From the NCBI GenBank assembly GCA_965248355.1, contig OZ252098.1:4224001-4288000 (forward strand): 64,000 bases of DNA. Reading direction: 5' to 3'. Made by a program: the position numbers and the translations under genes. Below the pieces are notes generated by a model. It had not been told where the DNA came from. It was given only the letters and a program-made list of their open reading frames with translations, and searched no databases. Of the stretch, positions 1 through 10,159 are shown in pieces (position 1 is the stretch's first letter; every line of letters begins with the position of its first letter). This stretch comes from Candidatus Latescibacterota bacterium (GTDB lineage Bacteria > Latescibacterota > UBA2968 > UBA8231).

Positions 1-177
1 GACCGCGAGGTCCGCCTTGACTGGAACCAGGTCGAGACCCCGGACTCCCTGGCGCAGCGCGCCCGCGTCGTGAAGGACCTGACGGGCGCCGGGGTGGACC
101 TGAGCGAGGCCCGCGCCGTGGCCGGGCTGTCCGCGCCGGAGGTCCTGCCCCCGGATTCTGAGGCCCCCGCTCGCTGA
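1..177 (+). CDS. C-terminal part of a protein running in from the left edge, possibly phage portal-like
   Basis: Frame 1 is open from base 1 to TGA at 175-177 (DREVRLDW...AQRARVVKDLTGAGVDLSEARAVAGL...). The tail resembles portal protein C-termini by eye only. Confidence 0.35.
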   Translation, partial: DREVRLDWNQVETPDSLAQRARVVKDLTGAGVDLSEARAVAGLSAPEVLPPDSEAPAR

Positions 178-313
178 TTCCGGGGCGCGCCGGCCCGATC
201 TCCCCCGGGCCCGTGTCCCACACCCGGAGCCTTCCAAAGGCCGTCAGACGGCGCCTGAGCGCCCCGGAGCCCTTAACCTTCCCGGCCTCTCCCCCCACGA
301 AACGGAGGCCGAA

Positions 314-910
314 ATGACCACCAAGATCCGCTTTGCTCTCGTATGGGCTGGGGCCCTCTTGGTTGTGCTCTGCTTCGACGGGCGGCTGGCCGGAGAGACT
401 CCCACGGCCGAGAAGCCCGTTCCGCCCGCCGCCGGCTTGGAAGCCCAGGTCGACTCTATCCTGAGCACCTTAGTGCGGGGGCAGCCATGCCTGGCCGCCG
501 GCAACTCATCCCACGACTGCTTCCAACTCTGGAGCGCGTGCCGGCCGTTGGATCTGATCGTTGAAGGCCTGCCCGAAGACGCGGAGGAGATCGGGCTGAC
601 GAGGGAACGCATCCAGACGGCGGCGGAAAGCCGGTTGCGGGCCGCGCGGCTGTACGACGCGGAGGCGGGCCACTACCTGTATGTCAACGTCAACGTTGTA
701 GGGCGCGCGTTCTCAACCGGCGTCGGATACAACAAATTGCTGCATGACGAGGCGTTGGGTATAGGCGGGCGGGCTCAGACCTGGCATGTCGGGGCCGCCG
801 GGACGCACGGAGGCGACGCGGGCTACATCCTGCAAGACGTGTCCGAGCAAATGGACCGCTCTGTTGTCGAGTACCTGCGCGTGAACGAAAGCGCCTGCGC
901 CGGGCCCTGA
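314..910 (+). CDS. Hypothetical exported protein
   Basis: 198-aa ORF with GGAGG RBS, hydrophobic N-terminal signal and GC3-rich codons. Confidence 0.75.
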   Translation: MTTKIRFALVWAGALLVVLCFDGRLAGETPTAEKPVPPAAGLEAQVDSILSTLVRGQPCLAAGNSSHDCFQLWSACRPLDLIVEGLPEDAEEIGLTRERIQTAAESRLRAARLYDAEAGHYLYVNVNVVGRAFSTGVGYNKLLHDEALGIGGRAQTWHVGAAGTHGGDAGYILQDVSEQMDRSVVEYLRVNESACAGP

Positions 911-1049
911 CGGCGCCGCCGTCGCAGTTTCGATAATCGCAGATAGACATAGACGCTCTCTTCGAATGGACTCTGTGTCATTTCGACACTGTAAGTCCGC
1001 CGAGTCCTGTCACAGACATTACCTTGGAAGGAAATTGCCAATGAACCAA

Positions 1050-1903
1050 GAACCTATCTCAAAATCACTACACATAACCTTGAGTTCTGATTGCTGATGA
1101 TGTACCATTACTGTATGGTTACTCTGACCGACCAGCAATGGGAACGGATCCGTCATCACTTTCCTGAGGAGCATCGCCCCGGGAGCCATCCGGGTCGTAA
1201 ACCGATTGCCACCCGTGACGTTCTTGAAGCTGTGCTTTGGATTCTCAATACCGGGGCTCAATGGCATATGTTGCCGCAGTGCTATCCGAACTACAAAACC
1301 GTGCATCGCCGTTTTCAAAATTGGTGTCGTCAAGGGGTGTTACGCGAAGTTCTCGTGGACCTGGCCCAGACTCTTCACGAGCAAGGGGACTTGGACGAAT
1401 CGGAAGCTTTCATTGATGGCATGTTCTCGGCGGCCAAGGGTGGAGGTGCCGATATCGGCCACACCAAGCGAGGCAAGGGCGTACGAGTCATGGGGATCGT
1501 GGACCGCCATGGGCTTCCCTTGTCGGTGAGCACGCATGCAGCGAACCATCATGAAGTGACGCTGGTTCAGTTGACGTTTGACTTCTACCTGATCGAAGAC
1601 AAACCCAAGAACTTGATTGGAGACAAAGCCTACGACAGCGACCCGTTAGATGAGGAGCTGAAGAAAGAAGGGGCCGAGATGATCGCTCCCCATCGCCAGA
1701 ACCGAACCAAGAAAAAGACTCAGGACGGACGCCGATTGCGTCGCTATGTGCGGCGTTGGATGGTGGAGAGATTCTTCGCTTGGCTTCAATGGCAGCGTCG
1801 AGTGATCACTCGCTGGGAATTGTATCCGGAGAATTTTCTTGGCTTCGTCCAACTTGCCTCCATCCTGATTTTACTTAAGCAATTTCAATTTTGAGATAGG
1901 TTC
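1050..1903 (+). mobile_element. IS5-family insertion sequence (IS427-like), 854 bp
   Basis: Perfect 16-bp terminal inverted repeats GAACCTATCTCAAAAT (1050-1065) and ATTTTGAGATAGGTTC (1888-1903), with AA on both flanks. Confidence 0.9.
1091..1894 (+). CDS. IS5-family transposase (DUF4096 plus DDE), single uninterrupted ORF
   Basis: LTDQQWERI, VLWILNTGAQW, TVHRRFQNW, IGDKAYDS and RWMVERFFAWL motifs. True start is probably near 1115. The stop lies in the right IR. Confidence 0.92.
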   Translation: MLMMYHYCMVTLTDQQWERIRHHFPEEHRPGSHPGRKPIATRDVLEAVLWILNTGAQWHMLPQCYPNYKTVHRRFQNWCRQGVLREVLVDLAQTLHEQGDLDESEAFIDGMFSAAKGGGADIGHTKRGKGVRVMGIVDRHGLPLSVSTHAANHHEVTLVQLTFDFYLIEDKPKNLIGDKAYDSDPLDEELKKEGAEMIAPHRQNRTKKKTQDGRRLRRYVRRWMVERFFAWLQWQRRVITRWELYPENFLGFVQLASILILLKQFQF

Positions 1904-1930
1904 AAGATAGTAGAGAAGGCCATAAAGAGC

Positions 1931-3996
1931 ATGAAAGGGATTGATGACGGGATGCGCACGTGCCTGGTACTGACTTGGGTTTTCGCAGGGCCGATCCCCG
2001 ACGCTCTCACTGCAGAGAGCCCAGCCAAGATTTACGCCTCGGGTCCGAGTGGCATTGTCCGCATGAACTTGGACGGCTCCGAGTTCGAGGTTCTGATTGA
2101 TGCCGACGGGAGACGCCCTGGCGATTTGGCGATAGACTGGATGGAGAGCAAGCTCTACTGGAGTGACGGGTGGAAGATCCACCGTTCCAATTACGATGGT
2201 TCCCAGTTGGAATCATACGTTGATATGCACCCGAGTACATGGTTATCGGCGCATCGTGATGACTTGACCGGGTTCTCCATGGATATCCACTCCGAGGATC
2301 GGCTACTGCTGTTCACGGCCAGTTTCAGTTATCATTACGAAACCAACCAACTGGCTTTTGTGAACATCGACGATGGGCTGGGTTCAGTCTCTGATGTGGA
2401 GTTCGATGATGAGAGCAACGCCTACATCAGTGGGGCCGCCATAGTATCTACTGACAGTAGTCGCGTTCTGATGTGCTACGCTCTAGAAGCTACAGAAGAA
2501 GGAGTTCTCGTTCCGTCGTGTTATTCGCATGAGTGGAGGGACAAGGGAAACGGATACAACTATCTGGCGAGCCACGGCCAAGACTGGGAATTCCTTGAAG
2601 ACTATCACTACTTCGTGGAGGAGGGCGGGAATCATTGGATCAGACGGAATAACTACAACGAGGACATCCTGCTTGTAGAGAAGCAGTTGTTCTCATGCGG
2701 GTTTGACCAGTCCACATTCGATCCGCCGCCTCAAATGGCTATGGACACGCGCCAAGGAGTCATGTATGTAAACTCATCCGAGGGACGAATTGCCGGATCG
2801 TTCTGCAACGACGCCGGAAAGTTGGAATCCAAGGAGATCTTTCTCGGCGTACAGGATCCTCCCCAGATGGTTGATATGGCAGCTCATGATGGCAATGTCT
2901 TCTGGTCCGACGTTCAAGGGGAGATCTGGCGTTGGCATGACGATGGTAGCGAAGGTGGCTCACTGGAGAAGGTATTCGCCCCTGTCGTTCGTAGGCCCAG
3001 AGGACTCTTCGTGGACCATCAAGCTGGCAGGATTCTCTGGGCAGATCCCTTGGCACGGACTGTCATGCAGGCCGACCTGAAGGGTGCGAGTGTCGAAGTG
3101 ATTGCCGAGGGAGAGGGGGATGTGCATGACGTCCTTGTGGCGGAGGGTAGGCTCTACTGGTCTGAACCAGAAGTGAGCACCATCAAATCAGCGAATCGGG
3201 ATGGTTCGGATGCAAAGGAGATTCTTGATTTGCAGGGTGGCTATTTTCCGACCGATCTCGACTACGAACCAATGAGCAAAAAGCTGTACTGGACGTCCTT
3301 CGGATATATAGGGAGATGCAACCTCGACGGATCAGAGATCGAAGTCGTGAGGACTACGATACGCGTTGAAGACATTGCCGTTGATGGAAATGAAGGAGTC
3401 ATCTATTATGACTGGGTCCGGTAGCGGAGGCGAGACAGAGGACGGGTATCCCGGTGTATGGAAGTTTCATTTCGATACGCAACACGCCGTACCAATGTAC
3501 CATGGCTACTATCCGGCACAATCCATTGATGTGCTGGGCGATAGAGTATTCTGGTCCGTACCGGAGTTAGGTTACTATCCTTGGGCATTCATTTATCACT
3601 CCGACAAGGCAACTGCAGAACAGTCATACACACATGGTCGCTACAGAGAAGTGGAACGCATTGCCATATACCGCCCGGAGGGGGTGGCAACCGCACTTGA
3701 GGATCCAGATCTCCCAGTCCCCGGCGCGACGTCTCTGCATTCCAACTACCCGAACCCCTTCAACAGTAGCACGAGGATCCCCTACACGGTGGCTCAGGGG
3801 CGGTCATGTGTCGCTGACCATTCACAACGCCATGGGCCAGCCAGTCGCCTCTCTGGTGGACGAGGTGCACGAAGCGGGAATTTACGAGGTCGTCTGGAGC
3901 ACGGAGGGAGAAGAGGTTCTGGCCAGCGGAGTCTATATGGTCCGTTTGAAGACAGGAGACGCTGTGAGGGTAAGGAAGCTTACTCTGCTCCGGTGA
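1931..3996 (+). pseudogene. Secreted YWTD/LDL-receptor class B beta-propeller protein with C-terminal T9SS/FlgD-like sorting domain, split by two +1 frameshifts
   Basis: Repeats LYWSD, VFWSD, ILWAD, LYWSE, LYWTS and NLDGS in 1931-3424. Continues in the 3366 frame (VFWSV...SLHSNYPNPFNSSTRI) and the 3634 frame (VSLTIHNAMGQPVASLVD...LASGVYMVRL...KLTLLR). Confidence 0.8.
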
Positions 3997-4084
3997 GTTG
4001 GATCGCCGCAGACGGGGGAGTGGGAGTCTCTAACGGCCGCTATGGTGCTCAGGGTCCGGCTCCTTGAGGCTGTCGTAGGTATTG

Positions 4085-4375
4085 CCGTATAGCTGCAGGT
4101 GGGTCGCCTTCGCCCGGCCCACGATCCGGCGGCTCCAGGCGTCCAGATAAGGAATCCTGCTCCCGTTCGGATGTAGGTGAGGTCCGCGATCCACAACTCG
4201 TTCGGACCGGCGGCCGAGAAGACTCGACGGACCAGGTCGTAGGCGACTGGGCCGCGGGGACGGCGACGGGTCGTGGCGAACCGACGCCGTCGGCAGACGC
4301 CGCGTACCCCGAGCTCGAGCATCAACCGGGCGACGCGCTTGCGACTGACGCTGCGCCCCTGCTCGGCCTGGCGGA
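4085..4375 (-). pseudogene. IS3-family transposase (integrase core) relic
   Basis: RKRVARLM...DLVRRVFSAAGPNELWIADLTYIRT then, frameshifted, LDAWSRRIVG. Truncated, with no IRs seen. Confidence 0.8.
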
Positions 4376-4379
4376 TTCC

Positions 4380-5954
4380 TCACACCTGCGCGTGTAGCCT
4401 CTCCAGCGCCCGATACCTCTCCAGCAACCCGTCGTAGATCCCCCGGGTCGCCGGGTCCGGCTCGACCGGCGCGGCAGCCTGCAGCCGCATGAAGGGCTCC
4501 GTCACCTCCGCCCAGGAACGCTCCTCCCCCGAGCCTCTGGCGTGGCCGTGGGCGGCCATCAGTGCGGCGCCCCGGGCGGCGGCGTTCGTGGTGCGCAGGC
4601 GCTGCACGGGGCAGCCGTGGACGTCGGCGAAGACTCGCAGGATCTCCTCGTTCTCAGAGGCGCCGCCGGTGACCCGCAGGGAGCGGATCTCCACCCCCAT
4701 CCACTCGGAGTGGATCCTCGACGACAAGGCCTGGGCCTCGATGACGGAGCGGGCGTTGGCCGCGGCGTCGGCCTCGTCCAGGTCCTGGCGCACGACGCCG
4801 GGTTGGGTCACGCGGGGGACGATTTCCTCGTCGAACCAGGGCAGCATGAGGGCGCCGCCGTTGCCGGGGGGCGTGGCGGCCAGCCCCTCGGAGAAGCCGG
4901 ACCAGTCCAGGCCGTAGCGGTCGCGCACGGCCTCGCGCGCCAGGCTGCCGTTGAGGAAGCAGGTGAGCGCCATGTAGTGGTCCCCGTCGGGAGAGGCGAA
5001 GAGGGCGCCCTCGCCGGTGACGGGTAGACGGGGCTCGTCCAGGCAGGCGAAGAGGGTGTCGCTGGTGCCCAGGCTCAGGGCCGCCTGGCCCGGCTGCAGC
5101 AGTCCGAGGCCGATGAGGCTGCAGGGGTTGTCGCCGGAGAAGGGCAGCACCCGGCACTCGGGGGAGAACCCGAAGCGGCCGGTCCAGAAGGGGCTCAGGG
5201 CGCCGGCCACCACACCAGAGGGGATGACGGGCAGCAGCCGGCGGCCCAGGTCCGGCGCCGTGGCCTCCAGGGCGTCTCCGCTCCAGCGGCGTGTCCGGAT
5301 GTCCATCAGGTTCGTTCCGCTGCCGTCGCCGGGGTCGACGGGGACCAGCCGCCCGGCGAGGAGGCTGGCCACGAAGGAGCTGACCAGGCAGATGCAGCCG
5401 GTGCGCGCGTAGGCCTCTGGCTCGGTCTGCCAGAAGCGGCGGATCTGGGGGCCGCTGAAGCGCTCGAAGGCGGTGTTGCCGGTCAGCTCCAGCAGCTTGC
5501 TCCGGCCGCCGACGCCGGCCTCGATCTGCCGGCACTGCTCGCTCGTGGAGGTGTCCATCCAGATCGGGGCCGTGGGCCGCGAGAACACCTCGCCGAGCTG
5601 GTCCGCCAGGTCGTGGTCGGGGTCGAGGCCGCCGAAGGCGCCGGCGGCGCCCTCGTTGAGGTAGACGGTGCCGTGTTGCTGGCCGCTGCCGGCGATGGCC
5701 TCGATCCCCCCGAGGTCGACGCCGGCGTCGCGCAGGCGCGCGCACAGAAGCTCCAGGGCCTCCGCCCACATCAGGGGAGGGGCGTGGATCCGGCCGCCGC
5801 CGAGGTCCAGCACTCCCTTGTCGACGCCGTAGCGGCCCGCGAAGTGCTCGTCGAAGCCGATCGACTCCTCGGCCAGGAGAGCGCCGCCGGCCGTGTCGAT
5901 GACCAGGCCGGTCATCGACTGGGTGCTGCAGTCCACACCGAGGAAGTTGCCCAT
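4380..5954 (-). CDS. xylB: D-xylulose kinase (FGGY family, eukaryote-like subtype)
   Basis: FLGVDCSTQS, GSGQQHGTVY, ERFSGPQIRRF, SGDNPCSL, SLGTSDT and VTGGAS motifs. Confidence 0.85.
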   Translation of the reverse strand: MGNFLGVDCSTQSMTGLVIDTAGGALLAEESIGFDEHFAGRYGVDKGVLDLGGGRIHAPPLMWAEALELLCARLRDAGVDLGGIEAIAGSGQQHGTVYLNEGAAGAFGGLDPDHDLADQLGEVFSRPTAPIWMDTSTSEQCRQIEAGVGGRSKLLELTGNTAFERFSGPQIRRFWQTEPEAYARTGCICLVSSFVASLLAGRLVPVDPGDGSGTNLMDIRTRRWSGDALEATAPDLGRRLLPVIPSGVVAGALSPFWTGRFGFSPECRVLPFSGDNPCSLIGLGLLQPGQAALSLGTSDTLFACLDEPRLPVTGEGALFASPDGDHYMALTCFLNGSLAREAVRDRYGLDWSGFSEGLAATPPGNGGALMLPWFDEEIVPRVTQPGVVRQDLDEADAAANARSVIEAQALSSRIHSEWMGVEIRSLRVTGGASENEEILRVFADVHGCPVQRLRTTNAAARGAALMAAHGHARGSGEERSWAEVTEPFMRLQAAAPVEPDPATRGIYDGLLERYRALERLHAQV

Positions 5955-6032
5955 GTACCTACCCCTGGTTAGTTTCGCGCCGCCATCCGATTCGAGAAGC
6001 TACGTCCAGGCCCGGGATCCCGGAAAACGCCC

Positions 6033-7304
6033 ATGCCCGCGCTGCACGAGTGCGATCCCGAGGTCGCCGGGATCATCGCCGCCGAGAACGCCCGCCAGCA
6101 CGCCAAGATCCGCCTGATCCCCTCGGAGAACTACGCCAGCCGGGCGGTGCTGGAAGCGACCGGCTCCATCCTGACCAACAAGTACTCCGAGGGTTACGCC
6201 GGCCAGCGCTACTACGAGGGCCAGCAGGAGATCGACCGGCTGGAGGAGCTGGCCGTGGAGCGGGCCCGGCAGCTCTTCGGCGCCGAGCACGTGAACGTGC
6301 AGCCCTACTCCGGCTCGCCGGCGAACCAGGCCGTCTACCTGGCGCTGGCCGATCCGGGCGACACCGTCATGGGCATGGCCCTCGACCAGGGCGGACACCT
6401 GACCCACGGCGCCGCCGTGAGCGTCTCCGGCCGGCACTACCAGGCGGTCCAGTACGGCGTCGATCCCGCCACGGGCCGCCTCGACTACGACGCCATCGAG
6501 GCCCTGGCCCTGCGGCACCGGCCGAAGCTGCTGTTCTGCGGCGCCACGGCCTATCCCCGGGTCATCGACTTCGAGCGCTTCGGGGCCATCGGCCGCCGCA
6601 CGGGGGCCGTGGTGGTGGCCGACATGGCCCACATCTGCGGGCTCGTGGCCGCCGGGGTGCACCCGAGCCCGGTGCCGCACGTGGACGTGGTGACCACCAC
6701 CACCCACAAGTCGCTGCGCGGCCCCCGGGGCGGCATGATCCTGTGCCGGAAGCCCTGCGCCGAGGTCCTGGACAAGGCCGTCTTCCCCGGCCTGCAGGGA
6801 GGCCCCCACAACCACACGACGGCGGCCATCGCCGTGGCCCTCAAGGAGGCCGGCACCGGGGAATTCCGGGCCTACGCGCAGGCCATCGTCGACAACGCCA
6901 GCGCCCTGGCGGAGGCCCTGGCCGGCCGCGGCTTCGACCTGGTCTCGGGGGGCACCGACAACCACCTGCTGCTCGTCGACCTGCGCGGCAAGGGGGTCAC
7001 CGGCTACCAGATGGCCAAGGCCCTGGACGCGGCCGGCATCGTCTGCAACTACAACCTGATCCCGGGGGACCCGAAGCCGGCGCGCCGGCCCAGCGGCATC
7101 CGCCTGGGGACGCCGGCCGTCACCAGCCGCGGTTTCGGCGGGCCCGAGATGGTGCAGCTGGCGGAGTGGATGGACCGCGTGGCCGGGATCCGCGCCGACG
7201 AGGGCCTCGACCGCAAGGCGCGCTCCGCCGCCTACCGGCGGATCGCCGGCGAGGTCCGCGACCTGTGCCGCCGCTTTCCCGCGCCCGGACTGGCACAGGT
7301 CTGA
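6033..7304 (+). CDS. glyA: Serine hydroxymethyltransferase
   Basis: LIPSEN, NKYSEGY, NVQPYSGSPAN, GGHLTHG, TTTHKSLRGPRGG, FPGLQGGP and GIRLGTPAVTSRG motifs. Confidence 0.97.
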   Translation: MPALHECDPEVAGIIAAENARQHAKIRLIPSENYASRAVLEATGSILTNKYSEGYAGQRYYEGQQEIDRLEELAVERARQLFGAEHVNVQPYSGSPANQAVYLALADPGDTVMGMALDQGGHLTHGAAVSVSGRHYQAVQYGVDPATGRLDYDAIEALALRHRPKLLFCGATAYPRVIDFERFGAIGRRTGAVVVADMAHICGLVAAGVHPSPVPHVDVVTTTTHKSLRGPRGGMILCRKPCAEVLDKAVFPGLQGGPHNHTTAAIAVALKEAGTGEFRAYAQAIVDNASALAEALAGRGFDLVSGGTDNHLLLVDLRGKGVTGYQMAKALDAAGIVCNYNLIPGDPKPARRPSGIRLGTPAVTSRGFGGPEMVQLAEWMDRVAGIRADEGLDRKARSAAYRRIAGEVRDLCRRFPAPGLAQV

Positions 7305-7308
7305 ACCC

Positions 7309-8400
7309 ATGAAGATCACCCGCGTCGTCGTCCACGTGGTCAACGTGCCCGAGACCCGCTGGTGGTGGTCGGACGACGAGCACGGACAGCCCGGCCACCA
7401 GCGCGACGAGCACGCCGTCGCCGAGGTCGAGACCGACCAGGGGCTCACCGGCCTGACCCAGATCGGCCGCTACACCACGCGGGAGGCGGTGGAGGAGGGC
7501 ATGAGGAGCTGGCTCGGCCAGGACGTGCTGGCCGTGAACCTGGCCGAGCCCTGGCCCCTGGCCTCGGCCTTCGAGCAGGCCGTCCTCGACCTGCGGGGCC
7601 AGGCCCTGGGCGTGCCCGTCCACCAGCTTCTCGGGGGCCGGCGGCGGGACCGCGTCCCGGTCACCATGTGCACCGGCTACAAGACGCCGGCCCACACCGC
7701 CGAGCAGGCGGCGCGGGGCTGGGAGCAGGGGTTCTGCTGGTACAAGATGAAGTGCTGCACGTCCCGCGACACCACGCCCGAGGCCCGTCTCCGCCACATC
7801 GTCGACCGCTGCCGGGCCATCCACGAAGCCGTCCCCGGCATGGGCATCCGCCCCGACATCCGCTGGCGCCTCGAGGAGGTGTGGGTGGCCCGGGAGCTGT
7901 CCCGCCGGCTGGAGGGGCTTCCCATGGAGTCGCTGGAGAGCCCCATCGCCAAGGCCGCCCACGGGGGGACCCATTCCGAGTGGCGGCGGCTGCGCTACTC
8001 CATCGGCCATCCGGTGGCCGACCACGTGGGCGGCGCCGCGGACCTGATCCAGCGCAGCCGGGCCGAAGCCCTGGACTACGCCATCCTCGGGGGCAGCCAC
8101 CTGGAGCTGCTCCGGCTGTCGGAGCTGTCCCATGAGCTCGGCCTGGGCGGGTGGTCCCAGTGCGTCGCCTACGGCCCCGGCGCCGCCATGGCCCTGCACG
8201 TGGCCGCCTGCATGGCCAACCTCACCCAGCCCTACGACATGGTCGGTCCCCTCGCCTGGGAGCACGACCTGACCAACGAGCCCTTCGAGCTGGTCGACGG
8301 AGGCCTCGTCGTCCCCTCGCGTCCGGGTCTGGGATTCACCCTCGACCACGGCGCGGTGGGCCGTTACCTCGTAAACCGATACGTGTACGAAAGGGAGTAG
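7309..8400 (+). CDS. Mandelate racemase/muconate lactonizing enzyme family protein (divergent)
   Basis: EQAVLDLRGQALGVPVHQLLGG, KMK, D/ESP/DH ligand region and PSRPGLG. Confidence 0.85.
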   Translation: MKITRVVVHVVNVPETRWWWSDDEHGQPGHQRDEHAVAEVETDQGLTGLTQIGRYTTREAVEEGMRSWLGQDVLAVNLAEPWPLASAFEQAVLDLRGQALGVPVHQLLGGRRRDRVPVTMCTGYKTPAHTAEQAARGWEQGFCWYKMKCCTSRDTTPEARLRHIVDRCRAIHEAVPGMGIRPDIRWRLEEVWVARELSRRLEGLPMESLESPIAKAAHGGTHSEWRRLRYSIGHPVADHVGGAADLIQRSRAEALDYAILGGSHLELLRLSELSHELGLGGWSQCVAYGPGAAMALHVAACMANLTQPYDMVGPLAWEHDLTNEPFELVDGGLVVPSRPGLGFTLDHGAVGRYLVNRYVYERE

Positions 8401-8407
8401 AGATCCG

Positions 8408-9613
8408 ATGAGCGGCGTGTACCAGCGCTTCGGCGTGCGCACCATCATCAACGCCTCCGGACCGGCCACACGACTGAGCGGATCGATCATGGCGCCGGAG
8501 GTGGCCGAGGCCATGGCCGAGGCCGGGCGGTCGTGCGTCGACATCGCCGAGCTGCAGGCGGCGGCGAGCACCGTCATCGCCCGGCACACCGGCGCCGAGG
8601 CCGGGTACGTCACCAGCGGCGCCGCCGCCGGCCTGCTGCTGGGCACGGCGGCCTGCGTCACCGGCCTCGACCCGACCCGCATGAACCGGCTCCCCGACAC
8701 GACGGGCATGAAGCGCCGGGTGGTCATGGCCCGCAGCCACCGCAACTTCTACGACCACGCCGTGCGCTCCGTGGGCATCGAGCTGGTGGAGATCGGCATC
8801 GCCGACCGCTTCAGCGGCGCCGGCGTGCGCGACGCCGAGCCGTGGGAGTACGCCGCCGCCATCGACGAGGAGACGGCGGCCGTCGTCTACGTCGCCTATG
8901 CCCACACCCAGCCGGAGCTGTCCGCCGTGGCCGAGGTCGCCCACGCCGCCTCGGTGCCCGTCATCGTCGACGCCGCCGGACAGCTGCCCCCGGCCTCCAA
9001 CCTCAAGCGCTTCCTCTCCGAGGGCGCCGACCTCGTCGCCTTCTCGGGCGGCAAGGCGATCGCCGGCCCCCAGTCCTCCGGCATCCTGGCCGGCCGCCGG
9101 GAGCTGATCCAGGCCGCCGCCCTGCAGCACCTCGACCTCGACATCCTCTGGGACCAGTGGAACCCGCCGGCGGGCCTGATCGACAAGAGCCGCCTGCCCG
9201 GGGCGCCCCACCACGGCATCGGCCGGCCCTGCAAGGTCGGCAAGGAGGAGATCGTCGGCCTCTTGACGGCGCTGGAGCGCTTCGTGGAAGAGGGCGACGA
9301 GGCGAGGCGCGCCCGCTGGCTCGAGCACATGAGGCAGCTGGCCGAGGCCGCCGGCTCGATGGCGGGCGCCGAAGTCGAGTTGCGCGACGACCCCAAGCGG
9401 GTGGCGATCCCCGCCGTGCACGTGCAGATCGACGAGGCCGCCTGCGGCATGACCGCCCTCGACGTCGTGCGCGCCCTGCAGGACGGGGACCCGAGCGTGC
9501 ACGCCAACCCCAGCCACGTGCGCGAGGGCGTCGTCGCCTTCGGCCCCATGTGCCTGAAGGAGGGGGAGCCGGAGGTGGTCGGCCGGCGACTGCGCGAGGT
9601 GCTGGGGGGCTAA
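8408..9613 (+). CDS. SelA-like/DgaE-like PLP-dependent enzyme
   Basis: IINASGPATRLSGS, VTSGAAAG, IVDAA, FSGGKAIAGPQSSG and GIGRPCKVGKEEI motifs. Confidence 0.85.
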   Translation: MSGVYQRFGVRTIINASGPATRLSGSIMAPEVAEAMAEAGRSCVDIAELQAAASTVIARHTGAEAGYVTSGAAAGLLLGTAACVTGLDPTRMNRLPDTTGMKRRVVMARSHRNFYDHAVRSVGIELVEIGIADRFSGAGVRDAEPWEYAAAIDEETAAVVYVAYAHTQPELSAVAEVAHAASVPVIVDAAGQLPPASNLKRFLSEGADLVAFSGGKAIAGPQSSGILAGRRELIQAAALQHLDLDILWDQWNPPAGLIDKSRLPGAPHHGIGRPCKVGKEEIVGLLTALERFVEEGDEARRARWLEHMRQLAEAAGSMAGAEVELRDDPKRVAIPAVHVQIDEAACGMTALDVVRALQDGDPSVHANPSHVREGVVAFGPMCLKEGEPEVVGRRLREVLGG

Positions 9614-9655
9614 GAGACCTGAAGCCTTAGCGAGGTGTGATCTGGAAGCCGCTGG

Positions 9656-10159
9656 GTGCCCATGTCTTCCTTACTGAATGAGCCAGAGCGAAAAGAAGCG
9701 CTGTCACGGGCCTATGTGCACGCCGTCGCTGCGCGGGCAGGTTATATTACAGCCGTCTACGGAGAGGATCGGGACGGTATCGATCTTCGTATTCAAGCGG
9801 GTGGTGCGATGCGTCCCGCGCTTGAATTGCAGTTGAAAGCGACCGTAAACTTGGGTGAAGTAAAGGATGGCTGTTTTCATTTCCCACTGAAGCGCAGGAA
9901 TTACGACTTGCTTCGTATCGAAACGCAGACGCCCAGACTGCTTGTAGTGCTTGATCTGCCGAAGGATGAGAGAAAGTGGGTGACGATCACCGAGGATGAG
10001 CTTGTGATGAGGCGTCGGGCCTATTGGTTGAACCTAAAGGGTTTTGAGGAGACGGAAAATCGATCGTCCGTCACGGTCCGAATTCCGGCAGGTAACCTGT
10101 TTGACGTCGCGAAGCTGAATACGCTGATGGAGCAGTCAAGAGAAGGGAGAATCCAATGA
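9656..10159 (+). CDS. DUF4365 (PD-(D/E)xK-like nuclease fold) protein
   Basis: KEALSRAYVHAVAARAG, DRDGID, LELQLKAT, NYDLLR, PRLLVVL and AYWLNL motifs. Lower GC than flanks. Confidence 0.8.
   Translation: MPMSSLLNEPERKEALSRAYVHAVAARAGYITAVYGEDRDGIDLRIQAGGAMRPALELQLKATVNLGEVKDGCFHFPLKRRNYDLLRIETQTPRLLVVLDLPKDERKWVTITEDELVMRRRAYWLNLKGFEETENRSSVTVRIPAGNLFDVAKLNTLMEQSREGRIQ

Noticed and set aside
8408..9613. True selenocysteine synthase selA
   Set aside because: Shorter SelA-like/DgaE-type sequence, with no selB, selC or selD nearby
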